In this document: in pieces, positions 44,869 through 54,605 of the stretch | Numbering within the stretch: the stretch's first letter is position 1 | Layout: the number at the start of each line of letters is the position of its first letter | Origin: a virus | Lineage: Duplodnaviria; Caudoviricetes | Reading direction: 5' to 3' (one strand) | DNA length: 60,393 nucleotides | IMG/VR virus record: IMGVR_UViG_3300031164_000001 | Span: 1-60,393 of that record | Position numbers and translations under genes: made by a program | Notes under the pieces: generated by a model | What the model was told of the DNA's origin: nothing | The model's input: the letters and a program-made list of their open reading frames with translations, nothing else | Databases searched by the model: none

Positions 44869-45887
44869 TGGAAACCCTCAAGGACCTTGACTTGGTGCGC
44901 GCTATGCAGCTCACCCCGGTTCTCGTGCGTAAGGACATGAAGCCAGCGGATATGCCCGATGGCAAAAAGCCAAAGGACATGAAGCCCGAAGATATGCCCG
45001 ATGGCAAGAAGCCAAAGGACATGAAGCCGTCCGGTATGTCTATGAATGACATGATGGCGATGATGATGGGCGATATGGAAATGCCCACTATGCGAGTCGA
45101 CTTCTCAGTGTTCGGCACATGGTACGAAATTGACTCTTGGTTTGAGGGTCAATTTATGGAGCGTACGATGCCGGGTGCTTTCAAGAAGACGATTCGCGAA
45201 AACATCACGAACATTCGTGTGCTCTATGACCACGGCATGGATTATCAAATCGGCAATAAGGTTCTTGGTCCAATTGAAAGGCTGGAGGAAGTCGCAACGG
45301 GGCCGCAAGCGGATGTACCGCTATTGCGCACCTCTTATAACTGCGATCTGATGCCGGGCCTTGAAGCTGGACTTTACGGATCATCGTTCCGTTTCCGTGT
45401 CATCAAAGAGGAATGGAACGATGAACCGGGTGTATCCGACTGGAATCCCAAGGGACTTCCGGAGCGCAGTATCAAAGAAGTGAAATTGATGGAATTTGGG
45501 CCGGTCACTTTCCCGGCCAACCCGGATTCAACCTCGGGCGTACGCTGTTTGACCGACGATTATTACGGCCGTGTGAAACACCGCCAACCGGAGGTATACT
45601 CCGATCTTGTAGCCCGTACCAAGACTCTCCGCCATCCCGAAGCCGTCCGGCCGGACACTTCACAGGAGACGGATAGCACTCTCGTTGATCTTGCCGCCGT
45701 TCAGGCCGAGGTTGACGCGCGAGCCGCACAGCATGAAACCGTTGAGCCGCTGGAAGAGCACTCACAGGTCACGTTTATTCCGACCGTGAGTAAAGGCCGT
45801 GTAGAGCGCAAAGCCGCTTACATGGCCGATTATCTCGCCCTAATTTCGAAGGGCGCCCAGCGCTATGACGATCGAGCTGACTCATAA
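44865..45887 (+). CDS. Prohead protease (HK97 family)
   Basis: 'F.E...PGAF.KTI', 'LYDHG', 'GSSFRF', 'EVKL.EFGPVTFPANP'. Confidence 0.9.
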   Translation: MMETLKDLDLVRAMQLTPVLVRKDMKPADMPDGKKPKDMKPEDMPDGKKPKDMKPSGMSMNDMMAMMMGDMEMPTMRVDFSVFGTWYEIDSWFEGQFMERTMPGAFKKTIRENITNIRVLYDHGMDYQIGNKVLGPIERLEEVATGPQADVPLLRTSYNCDLMPGLEAGLYGSSFRFRVIKEEWNDEPGVSDWNPKGLPERSIKEVKLMEFGPVTFPANPDSTSGVRCLTDDYYGRVKHRQPEVYSDLVARTKTLRHPEAVRPDTSQETDSTLVDLAAVQAEVDARAAQHETVEPLEEHSQVTFIPTVSKGRVERKAAYMADYLALISKGAQRYDDRADS

Positions 45888-47358
45888 GGCAGCACTCAAC
45901 CGAATGAAGGACATCGCGGAAGAGATTGCGCGACTGTCCGAAAAGAATCAAGCGGACATGACGGAAGCGGAAGAAGTTCAGTTCCGCGCACTGTCTGACG
46001 AATTCGACGAGCTGGATTTGCACCGCAAGAACCTTGAGCGGATGGCCGAAAAGAAGCGCGTTGACACTCGGCTTGACGCACTCAAGCTCGGCGAAGATGT
46101 CCGTTCCGGCCGCGTGACCATTGAGCGTGGCGTCCCCGGTGGCGGCGTTTCCGGTGATAAGGCATACGACCGTGACCCGATTCTTAACCCTGACTCTATT
46201 GAGGACTGCCGGTTCCGTGATCCTTGGGACCTGTCTGAAATGCGTACGTGGGGCAAGGACCGTGGCGCCGTTGCACAGGAATTGCGGGCGCGTGCCCTCG
46301 CGGCAATTGAGAAGATGCCCGGTGCAAACGACAACATCCGTAGCGGTGCTACCAACATCATTGAGCGTTGGGACGATGGCGATAGCCGCATCGCAAAGAT
46401 GTGCCTTGCTACGTCGAGCCCGGCATATCTTCGGGCATGGAGCAAGCTTGCGCGTGGCCGTCAGCACATGGTGTCCACAGAGGAACAGAACGCCCTCGCT
46501 CGCGCAATGTCCCTTACGGACGCTTCGGGTGGCTACCTCGTTCCCTTCCAGCTTGACCCCACTGTGATCATCACTTCGGCCGGTTCGCTCAACCAAATTC
46601 GACGGGTTGCGCGTCAGGTTGTTGCCACCGGCGACGTCTGGAATGGTGTCAGCGCCGGACAGGTTACGTGGGCATTCGCGGCGGAAGCTGCGCAGGCCAG
46701 TGACAACGCGCCGACGTTCGCCCAGCCGACGATCAATGTCTATAAGGCACAGGGTTTTGTGCCGATCAGCATTGAAGCTCTCGAAGACGAAGCAAACGTC
46801 ACGCAGGAAGTGGCCGGACTGCTCGCATTCGGCAAGGAAGCGCTCGAAGCGTCCAAGTTCATTACCGGTACGGGTTCTGCGGAGCCGTTCGGCATCGTTG
46901 CCGCACTCACGGGCACGGCGTCGGAACTGACGCAGGCTGCAGCGCTGCCGATCACCAGTGTGTACGGTTTGGACAATGGCCTTCCGGCACGTTACCGCAG
47001 TAACGCGAGCTGGCTTGCGCACCGCGCGATTTACAACACCGTTCGACAGTTCGACACGGCCGGTGGCGCGGGCATGTGGGTTCAGCTGCAGGGCGATGTT
47101 CCTCCGCAGCTGGTGGGTCGTCCTGCGTACGAAGCGGAAGCAATGGACAGCACTACGGCCACCACGAAGCGAAACCTTATCTACGGTGACTTCTCCAATT
47201 ACGTCATCGCGGACCGCGTCGGAATGAGCATCGAATTCATTCCCCACCTGGTTGGCGCTAACCAGCGTCCGACCGGCCAGCGCGGTTGGTACGCCTACTA
47301 CCGTGTGGGTGCGGACAGCGTGAATGACGATGCGTTCCGGATGAACAAGAGCACGTAA
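45865..47358 (+). CDS. Major capsid protein (HK97 fold with delta domain)
   Basis: N-terminal coiled coil, 'SGGYLVP', 'L.GRP', 'YGDFSNY.IADRVG'. Confidence 0.92.
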   Translation: MTIELTHKAALNRMKDIAEEIARLSEKNQADMTEAEEVQFRALSDEFDELDLHRKNLERMAEKKRVDTRLDALKLGEDVRSGRVTIERGVPGGGVSGDKAYDRDPILNPDSIEDCRFRDPWDLSEMRTWGKDRGAVAQELRARALAAIEKMPGANDNIRSGATNIIERWDDGDSRIAKMCLATSSPAYLRAWSKLARGRQHMVSTEEQNALARAMSLTDASGGYLVPFQLDPTVIITSAGSLNQIRRVARQVVATGDVWNGVSAGQVTWAFAAEAAQASDNAPTFAQPTINVYKAQGFVPISIEALEDEANVTQEVAGLLAFGKEALEASKFITGTGSAEPFGIVAALTGTASELTQAAALPITSVYGLDNGLPARYRSNASWLAHRAIYNTVRQFDTAGGAGMWVQLQGDVPPQLVGRPAYEAEAMDSTTATTKRNLIYGDFSNYVIADRVGMSIEFIPHLVGANQRPTGQRGWYAYYRVGADSVNDDAFRMNKST

Positions 47359-47373
47359 ACCGAACAGTGACGA

Positions 47374-47411
47374 CCGAACGGGTAAGGCGCAAAGTCGTCT
47401 TACCCGTTCGG
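47374..47411 (+). terminator. Hairpin after the capsid gene
   Basis: CCGAACGGGTAAGGCG/CGTCTTACCCGTTCGG. Confidence 0.65.
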
Positions 47412-47430
47412 CGTGAAGATGGGAAGTCCA

Positions 47431-47838
47431 ATGAGGGCAACACTGTACAAGAATTCCAAGACTGTTCGGGCGATGACGGCAACCGGTGCCAAGGTTACCG
47501 GCGCGGTGAACGGTGACTCTGTCGATCGTCAGCAGACCGGTGCGGGCGATTACCGATCGGTAATGTTCGTCGTGCTCTCGGCAACTGCGACCGATGGATC
47601 GCACGTGTTCACGATGGAAGATTCACCGGACGGTACAACGTGGACGGCGGTAGCCGCCGGGTTCCTACAGGGCTCGCTGCCGACCCTGACGGCCACTGAC
47701 GATGACGTTGTCAAGGATTTCGGATACTCGGGCAATCAGCGCTACGTACGAATTGTGCTGACGTCGTCCGGCACGACTACAGGCGCAATCATCGGTGCGG
47801 CTGCTGTGCTTTATGGCACGGCCGGATGGAAGCGGTAA
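47431..47838 (+). CDS. Putative capsid decoration/virion protein
   Basis: 'EDSPDGTTWTAVA...GY.G..RYVR'; follows the MCP. Confidence 0.55.
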   Translation: MRATLYKNSKTVRAMTATGAKVTGAVNGDSVDRQQTGAGDYRSVMFVVLSATATDGSHVFTMEDSPDGTTWTAVAAGFLQGSLPTLTATDDDVVKDFGYSGNQRYVRIVLTSSGTTTGAIIGAAAVLYGTAGWKR

Positions 47839-47842
47839 GATC

Positions 47843-48157
47843 ATGGCAACTATCAAGCGATGCAAGACCCCGTTCGGTTTCGACGTTGACGGAATCACGC
47901 GCGTGATTCCGGCGGGAATGCTTGTCGGTTCCGACGACGAAGCATACAAGAAGTTCAAGGACTACTTTGAAGACGTTGAAACCCATGTGGACGTTCAGCG
48001 AAAGCTACAGGACCGGGCCGAAGGAACTGCCCCGGTTGAACAGGCGACTGCCGCGCCGGGCGAAAAGCGAATGATGGTCCGGCCGAGTGTGCCCGCGAGT
48101 AAGACGAGCGCAACGGCCGGTGGTGCCGCCCACAACGCCACAGTGAAGAAGTCCTAA
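47843..48157 (+). CDS. Hypothetical virion-module protein
   Basis: 'VEQATAAPGEKR'. Confidence 0.6.
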   Translation: MATIKRCKTPFGFDVDGITRVIPAGMLVGSDDEAYKKFKDYFEDVETHVDVQRKLQDRAEGTAPVEQATAAPGEKRMMVRPSVPASKTSATAGGAAHNATVKKS

Positions 48158-48435
48158 TGAAGGACTGGTATTGCCCTAATTGTGAGGCGCTGGCCCGGAC
48201 GTATTCGGAGAAGTTTCCGTATCACGTATGTCCGAAGCTCGCCGGGGTGATGTCACCGCTCATTCGTGTGGGTACAAAAGCATCGATCGTTGCCGTTGAG
48301 CGTGAGGACTATATCGGCGGTGATTTCGTTCAGGTTAATGCGAACGGTCGACCGATCATGTCCGTAGTCACTACGCGGGATGACGGACAGGATTGCATCA
48401 CGTTCCCGCCCACGGCAACGACAGATAAGGATTAG
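48157..48435 (+). CDS. Hypothetical protein
   Basis: TAATG coupling; CPNC. Confidence 0.55.
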   Translation: MKDWYCPNCEALARTYSEKFPYHVCPKLAGVMSPLIRVGTKASIVAVEREDYIGGDFVQVNANGRPIMSVVTTRDDGQDCITFPPTATTDKD

Positions 48436-48438
48436 GTC

Positions 48439-48924
48439 ATGGCCTTTACCGCGAGCAAGATTTTTCGCGCATTCCTCGGTGATGCCCTTGCAAATACTGC
48501 CGCATTCGACTTGAGCAGCACGGGCGTCGACACGTTTAAGGTGGCTCTGTACAACAACACTGGAACGCCGGATCAAAATGCAACGGCCGCGCTCAGTGCG
48601 TATAACGCGGCTACCAGTCCCTGGGTAACTGCCAATGAGGTTGTTGACGTTACTAACTGGGTTGCCGGTGGCCGTGCTCTCGTCACGCCGGTTATCGACG
48701 TTGGCACAGCAGGCGTTGTGTTCTTTGACGGGGCTGACCTTTCCGGTGGTGGCAACGTCACCCTTTCCGGCGTAATGGGTTGTCTCGTCTACGACGACAC
48801 GATCACCACTCCGGTTGCTGATCAGGGTATCTGTTACAACTACTTCGGTGGTGCGCAGTCGGTTACCGCTGGCACATTCACCATTGCCTGGTCGGCGAAC
48901 GGTCTTTTCCGACTCACCATTTAA
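48439..48924 (+). CDS. Virion structural protein
   Basis: 'DTFKVALY...AGG..L...GTFTI.W...G.F'. Confidence 0.6.
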   Translation: MAFTASKIFRAFLGDALANTAAFDLSSTGVDTFKVALYNNTGTPDQNATAALSAYNAATSPWVTANEVVDVTNWVAGGRALVTPVIDVGTAGVVFFDGADLSGGGNVTLSGVMGCLVYDDTITTPVADQGICYNYFGGAQSVTAGTFTIAWSANGLFRLTI

Positions 48925-48934
48925 GGATGCACTA

Positions 48935-49228
48935 ATGGCACTTGGCGCAGCGATTTCGCAATCGGAAGTTAACCAGGTTGCGGCGGCGATCGCACGACAG
49001 GCGTTCAGTCTCTTTGCGACAGTGGCAGAGTTCTCGACGTTTCTTCTTGCGACGCCGGATGCAACGCTTGTGGCCCTTGGCTTTTCGGCTGGTGAGGTTG
49101 CAACGCTCAAGTCTGGCATTGCGGATCTTGTTCAGCTCAAGACCGTTTTCGAAGGTACCGGCACCCGTACGCCTGCCTATGACTATCGCCAGTTCACAAA
49201 GCTTTTCCTCGGTGTTGGCGTCTACTAA
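48935..49228 (+). CDS. Hypothetical virion-module protein
   Basis: AAGGA RBS. Confidence 0.55.
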   Translation: MALGAAISQSEVNQVAAAIARQAFSLFATVAEFSTFLLATPDATLVALGFSAGEVATLKSGIADLVQLKTVFEGTGTRTPAYDYRQFTKLFLGVGVY

Positions 49229-49247
49229 GGATTAGTTAGGGGCGACG

Positions 49248-51257
49248 GTGGCCGGACCAACATTCGTCGCCGAATACGAAAATACATGGACCGGTAGCAC
49301 GTCCCCGAAGACGATCTCCGTCACGGTTGCCGCCGATGATATCCTGCTCATTTTCGCCATCACCCCGGATGGTGCGGCCAAGGTACCGGGTACACCCTCG
49401 GGTGGTGGCCTCACCTATACACCGGTGCAGAATATCGCGGTTTCCCAGTACTGCGGGGTGGCCGCATGGGTTGCCGCGTGCGCTACTTCGCAAACGTTCA
49501 CATTGTCGGAAGCTGTTACCGGTAGTCCTACCTCATGGGGCTACAACTGTCTTCGGTTTTCCGGATCTACCGGTGTCGGCGCGTCATCGAAGACGAATGC
49601 GTCCGGCGCACCCTCGCTAGCATTGACGACCACTCAAGCGAATTCCGTAGTAGTTACATTTACTTCGGACTGGAACGAAGTATCTGGAACTAGCCGCACA
49701 TGGCGCACGGTCAATGTGACGCGTACGGAAGTTACGTACGTTGACGTTGCGGGCGACGAAACGAATTATGGTGCGTACTACACTGATGCTGGTACGGCTG
49801 GTGCGAAAACGACCGGTCTCACCGCGCCGACCGGCCAGAAATACGCAATCATTTCGGTTGAGCTACTAGGTGCCACTGGCACCACAGCCAATGCGGTACA
49901 GGCGGATGGAACCGGCGCGGCCAGCGATGCGGTGCCGGATATCGATGCACAGTCAACGTCAGCCGATGGGACCGGCGCGGCCAGCAATGCCGTACCAGAC
50001 ATCGATGCACAGTCGTCCTCATCGGACGGAACAGGCGCCACTGACACTATTGCGGTTGCTGTTTCCGTCTTTGCCGCCTTTGCTGCCGGTACCGGCACGG
50101 CGAATGATGCAGTCATATCCACTTCGGCCGCTGTCACCGCTAATGCCAGTTCCGCCGATGGAACCGGTGCGGCGAGCGATGCCATTGTCATCGTTGGCCC
50201 CGTTGCTGTTTCGTCCAATGGAACCGGCGCGGCTGACACTATCCCGATTGTCCTTACCGTACTTGCCGCTGTCGCTAGTGGAACCGGTACGGCCAATGAT
50301 GGGGTTCGCGCTGTCACGGCGAGTGCGGCCAGTGGCGACGGAACCGGTACGGCGAACGATTCCGTTGCGGCGCTTGGTATTTCGGCATCGTCTTCGGATG
50401 GTGTCGGCGCGGCCAATGATGCGGCGATCTCCACTTCCAGTTCAGTCACGGCCAGCGCTGGCAATGCGCCCGGTACCGGCCCGGCGGGCGATGCGCTGAT
50501 CACCGTTGCTTCGGTGTCTGACTTTGGTATTGGTACCGGTGTGGCGGCTGACGCCCTGGTGGTCATCTCCGCACTGGGCAGTTCGGCGGACGGCACTGGC
50601 ACGGCGGCCGATGCCAGCGTGGCCACCTCGGCGGGCACCACGGCCCCGGCTACCTCGGCGACCGGTACGGGCGTTGCCCAGGACGTCACCGTTGGCACGG
50701 CTAGCACGGCTCTGGAGGCACCGGGGACCGGTAGTGCGCCTGACGCCACGTCCGCCGTAGCTCCGGTCGTCACAGAGGCTCTGGTAACCGGCGATGCACT
50801 CGACCTCGGTGCCCAGCTCGGCGCCGTCGCCCTGGTGGCCAGTGGCACCGGTGCCGGGCTCGACGCAACGATCAACACGAGCAGCAGCACGACAGTTCCG
50901 GCGGGTTCCGCCGACGCAACCGGTACGGCGAACGATCCGGCAATCTCGACGTCGGCAATCGTCACTGCGGGGGTGGGGGCCGGAACCGGGCTCGCCTATC
51001 CGGCAGTGTCCACAATCAGCGTCACCGACACGGCAACCGGAATCGGCATTGCGCTCGACGCTCGGGTGTTCATCACTGTCAACGTCACCACGGCAACGGC
51101 AACTGGACTTGCTGGTGATCTCACGGCGGCATTCACTGAACGACGTGGATCGATGTTCGACGTTAAACGCGATACCACGGCGATGACTAATGTGGACCGA
51201 GGAACAGCTCATATTGAACCGGCCACCCATGGGACCGCGAGAATGGAAGGACGGTAG
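49248..51257 (+). CDS. Ala/Thr/Gly-rich repeat protein (possible head or neck fibre)
   Basis: ~210-aa globular N-terminus, then many 'DGTGxAxDA' repeats of about 20-25 aa. Confidence 0.7.
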   Translation: MAGPTFVAEYENTWTGSTSPKTISVTVAADDILLIFAITPDGAAKVPGTPSGGGLTYTPVQNIAVSQYCGVAAWVAACATSQTFTLSEAVTGSPTSWGYNCLRFSGSTGVGASSKTNASGAPSLALTTTQANSVVVTFTSDWNEVSGTSRTWRTVNVTRTEVTYVDVAGDETNYGAYYTDAGTAGAKTTGLTAPTGQKYAIISVELLGATGTTANAVQADGTGAASDAVPDIDAQSTSADGTGAASNAVPDIDAQSSSSDGTGATDTIAVAVSVFAAFAAGTGTANDAVISTSAAVTANASSADGTGAASDAIVIVGPVAVSSNGTGAADTIPIVLTVLAAVASGTGTANDGVRAVTASAASGDGTGTANDSVAALGISASSSDGVGAANDAAISTSSSVTASAGNAPGTGPAGDALITVASVSDFGIGTGVAADALVVISALGSSADGTGTAADASVATSAGTTAPATSATGTGVAQDVTVGTASTALEAPGTGSAPDATSAVAPVVTEALVTGDALDLGAQLGAVALVASGTGAGLDATINTSSSTTVPAGSADATGTANDPAISTSAIVTAGVGAGTGLAYPAVSTISVTDTATGIGIALDARVFITVNVTTATATGLAGDLTAAFTERRGSMFDVKRDTTAMTNVDRGTAHIEPATHGTARMEGR

Positions 51258-51259
51258 GA

Positions 51260-52081
51260 ATGCCTTTCGATTTGGGCGACGTCGTCCCTTTGTCTATTGC
51301 GGTATATGACGCTGTGAGCGTGCTAACGAATGTTGGAACTATCACGCTCACGATTACGCTGCCGGACGGCACCACGGTTACCCCGGCGGTAGCCAACCCT
51401 CCGGCCGTCGTGGGTATGTACGCGGTTGACTATGTGACCACAGTGGCCGGTCGGCACGGTGTGCGTTGGACATCGCTAGGACCACAATCTGCGCACACTG
51501 ATGCGTTCGATGTTCGGCCCGTGAATCCGCCCTTGCTGTTCTCATTGGACGACGGCAAAGCAACGTTGAACGTGACTGGTACGACTAACGACGAAGAAAT
51601 CCGGGATCTTATCGAATCGGTCACCGGTGCGGTCGAATACATCGCGGGCCCGGTCATGCGGCAAACAGTTGTTGAGAAACACAACGGTGGTGACACGATC
51701 GTGCTCCGCGAATCGCCCGTGATTTCTGTGACGTCGATCGTTCCCGTATTCGACGGTGGAACCTCTTATTTACCCGCAGATATCGACGTTGACGGGCCGA
51801 CTGGTGAGTTATGCCGGAAGGATTCGGGTACGTTCGTCGGCCCGGTTCGGGTGACGTTCATCGCGGGACGGCCAGTGACTCCGGCGGGAATTCGTGATGC
51901 CGCAAGGATCATCCTTAAGCACCTCTGGCGAATCCAAAATGGGACCGCTGGTCTTCCGTCTTTTGATTCTGACGGTGAACGTATTGACGGAACAACCATG
52001 ATCAGCGGGTTGGGCTTTGCGTTGCCGAACCGGGCAATTGAACTATTGCAGCCGTACGCCCGGCCGCCAAAGGTGGGTTAG
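51260..52081 (+). CDS. Head-tail adaptor
   Basis: 'SLDDGK..L...DEEI..LI....VE', 'AGR...P..IR.A...L.HLW', 'LLQPY'. Confidence 0.75.
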   Translation: MPFDLGDVVPLSIAVYDAVSVLTNVGTITLTITLPDGTTVTPAVANPPAVVGMYAVDYVTTVAGRHGVRWTSLGPQSAHTDAFDVRPVNPPLLFSLDDGKATLNVTGTTNDEEIRDLIESVTGAVEYIAGPVMRQTVVEKHNGGDTIVLRESPVISVTSIVPVFDGGTSYLPADIDVDGPTGELCRKDSGTFVGPVRVTFIAGRPVTPAGIRDAARIILKHLWRIQNGTAGLPSFDSDGERIDGTTMISGLGFALPNRAIELLQPYARPPKVG

Positions 52082-52083
52082 CC

Positions 52084-52581
52084 ATGGTTGCTGAAACGTC
52101 GGCGGTACCGGCAGCTATCGATGGACTAATCGCATTGTGTACGAGCGTTGCCATTACTGGGGGTGCGCTCGACGGCGTAGTCATTTATGACGGTAGCCCG
52201 ATCACCCGCTCGTCCGACGAACGATATCTCGATATCGCCATGCCAACGGCGGACGGCGAACCGGCTGTAGAAGGAACACAGTCATTTATCACGATGCCCG
52301 CACGTGAACGTGATGAAAGTTTTTCGATCCTCTGTGGAGCGTACGCACGATCGGGCAACAACGATATTCAAGTTGAACGTAATCGAGCGTATGCCATCGT
52401 AGCCGCCGTTGAACGTCTCGTTAGGCCACGAGAACCGGGATCGGATATCACGCTCGGCGGTGCCGTTCTGTGGTGCAGCGTTACCGGCCGAATTACCTAC
52501 ACGCCATTGCAGACAGCGGATGGTGCGGGAGTGCGTGTGCAATTTGAGGTTCAGTGCAGAGCAAGGCTAAGCGGCTCATAG
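52084..52581 (+). CDS. Tail terminator-like protein
   Basis: Position before the tail tube; 'D.TLGGAV'. Confidence 0.6.
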   Translation: MVAETSAVPAAIDGLIALCTSVAITGGALDGVVIYDGSPITRSSDERYLDIAMPTADGEPAVEGTQSFITMPARERDESFSILCGAYARSGNNDIQVERNRAYAIVAAVERLVRPREPGSDITLGGAVLWCSVTGRITYTPLQTADGAGVRVQFEVQCRARLSGS

Positions 52582-52771
52582 AAGGTTGGGAGCACCGGTG
52601 AAGATTACCTATGTGGGTCCGCATGACGAAGTAGAAGTGCCGACCTTGAACGTTACCGTCAAGCGCGATTATGCAGTCAATGTTGATGATGAAATCGCTT
52701 TGGAAATGATCAAACAGGCTGATTGGGTTTCAGCTCCCACGCGTGTTTCGACGAAGACGAAGGACTAAGCA

Positions 52772-53737
52772 ATGGCTACCTCTGATAAGGCGCAAGTGGG
52801 TGCAGTAACTGAAACCGTCTACGGTACGCCCGTTGTCGTGACTAAGTTCTTTGACTTCACGGGCGAATCAATGATGCGCGAGCAAGAGCGCATGGAGTCC
52901 GCGTCACTGCGCGCACAGTCCCGAATCATTACGACAGATAACTGGGCTCTTGGCGCCATCAACGTTGCTGGAGACGTTGAAATGGAACTACGCCCCAAAG
53001 GTCACGGGTTCTGGTGGAATCACGCGATCGGCGGTCTCGTCACAACTCAACCGAATGCCGGTCCGGACCCGACTGTGTACAAGCACACATTCACTCCGAA
53101 CGATTTGCCGTTGAGCTTTACGCTGCAAATTTCGAAGCCGGATATTGCTAACGTTGCGCAACCGTTTACATATCATGGTTGCCGAATCAGTGAATGGTCT
53201 CTTGAGTGCGGTGTTGGCGACTTTGCTCACATGACCATGAGCATTCTTGGCGAAGATGAGGACAACTCGACTGGCCTAGCTGTCGCGTCCTATCCGACCG
53301 CGAATAAGGCTCTCACGTGGGTTCAGGGCACGATTACCGTGGCTGGTGGTGCGACGGATATTAAGAGCGTGAGTCTCAAGGCAGCGAACAACCTTGCTGA
53401 CGATCGCTATTTCCTCGGGCGCGTATTGCGTAGTCAGCCACTAGAGAATGCGCTTCGCGAGGTAACGGGAACGTTTGAGGTCGAGTTTAATGGACTGACG
53501 AATTACAACCGGTTTATCGCTGGCACCGAAGCGGCAATTGTTCTTCTCTTTCAGGGTTTGACGATTTCGGGGATCTATAAGTTCGAAACGAAGATCACCA
53601 TGAACGTTCGTTTTGACGGAGAGACCCCGAAGGTTGGCGGCCCCGAGATCGTTCCGCAGAACCTTCCGTTCAAGGTCGTGAACGACGGAACGACGTCGAT
53701 CAAGGTTGAATACCAGACGACGGATGTCACGGTCTAA
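52772..53737 (+). CDS. Major tail (tube) protein
   Basis: 'ETVYGTPV', 'YKHTF', 'SFTLQ', 'Y.GC.I'. Confidence 0.85.
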   Translation: MATSDKAQVGAVTETVYGTPVVVTKFFDFTGESMMREQERMESASLRAQSRIITTDNWALGAINVAGDVEMELRPKGHGFWWNHAIGGLVTTQPNAGPDPTVYKHTFTPNDLPLSFTLQISKPDIANVAQPFTYHGCRISEWSLECGVGDFAHMTMSILGEDEDNSTGLAVASYPTANKALTWVQGTITVAGGATDIKSVSLKAANNLADDRYFLGRVLRSQPLENALREVTGTFEVEFNGLTNYNRFIAGTEAAIVLLFQGLTISGIYKFETKITMNVRFDGETPKVGGPEIVPQNLPFKVVNDGTTSIKVEYQTTDVTV

Positions 53738-54154
53738 ATGGGAACTACTGCGCAGGTTGACCCGAGGACACAAGCGGCCATTCGGCAACTGATGGCCGAC
53801 CTTCGGGTATTTGATTTGGAAGCTGCCAAGGAATGTCGCCGTGAGTTTGCCGCACTGGCAAAAAAGGTAGCGGCTGACGCAGCAAGCCGAGCAGCGAAGA
53901 AAACCGGCAAGATGGCAGCGGCTACGCGTGCACGGGTCTCGTCACGTGGTGACGCAATGATTACTAACGCTGACCCGGCCGCGCGGCCAAACGAATTTGG
54001 AGGTCGACACCCACTCTTCGGTAATCGAAACGTGTGGGTGCCGATGGTCCGCAAACCATTCATGTTCCCGGCGGTACAAGCTGGCGAAGCCGAATTCTAT
54101 CGCGACGCTGAAAAGGTAATCGATACCGTCGCCTCAAAGGCAGGGTTTAAGTGA
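53738..54154 (+). CDS. HK97 gp10-like tail completion protein
   Basis: 'KTG.M...EFGG.HP.FG...PFMFPA'. Confidence 0.65.
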   Translation: MGTTAQVDPRTQAAIRQLMADLRVFDLEAAKECRREFAALAKKVAADAASRAAKKTGKMAAATRARVSSRGDAMITNADPAARPNEFGGRHPLFGNRNVWVPMVRKPFMFPAVQAGEAEFYRDAEKVIDTVASKAGFK

Positions 54155-54438
54155 CCGAACCGAGTAACATTCTCAAGATCAACCCGGAAGATTTGACGCT
54201 CGGGGATATTGAGACCATTGAGGAATTGTCCGGCCAACCGATTGGTTGGCTAGGAAACTCTGACAAGCCGCAAGGCAAGATGATGGTTGCCGTGGCTTAC
54301 ACCATCGGCTTGCGCGATGACCCCAAGTACACATTGGACCAGGCGCGAAAGATGCGCGTCGAGGTCGAGGATTCCGACGCTAAGGACGATGGCGACAACC
54401 CCCCGCCGCACGGCGAGAGCGACAAAAAGAGCGACTGA
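54151..54438 (+). CDS. Tail assembly chaperone (short form)
   Basis: Directly before the tape measure gene. Confidence 0.75.
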   Translation: MTEPSNILKINPEDLTLGDIETIEELSGQPIGWLGNSDKPQGKMMVAVAYTIGLRDDPKYTLDQARKMRVEVEDSDAKDDGDNPPPHGESDKKSD

Positions 54439-54605
54439 TTGGGCTCGCGCTTCTCGCCCGGCATTACGGCATGTCACTGACGGATGCCTGGAAACTAAAA
54501 GTCTGGGAGTACCAAGCGCTAATCGAGCTGATGAAGAAACAGCATCGGCAGGGTTGCCGCGTATGCGGGATTGAACCAAAACAAAGGAGTGGACGTGGCC
54601 ACTAA
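54384..54605 (+). CDS. -1 frameshift extension of the tail assembly chaperone
   Basis: The -1 frame is open from 54384 to TAA 54603-05 and reads 'LALLARHYGMSLTDAWKLKVWEYQAL'; candidate slip sites AACCCCCC (54397) or C-AAA-AAG (54423). Confidence 0.7.
   Translation, partial: GRWRQPPAARRERQKERLIGLALLARHYGMSLTDAWKLKVWEYQALIELMKKQHRQGCRVCGIEPKQRSGRGH

Noticed and set aside
45775-47604. 609-aa minus-strand ORF
   Set aside because: Antisense shadow of the major capsid gene, typical of high-GC codon bias.
49778-51230. Long minus-strand ORFs over the repeat protein
   Set aside because: Antisense shadows of an Ala/Thr/Gly-rich gene.
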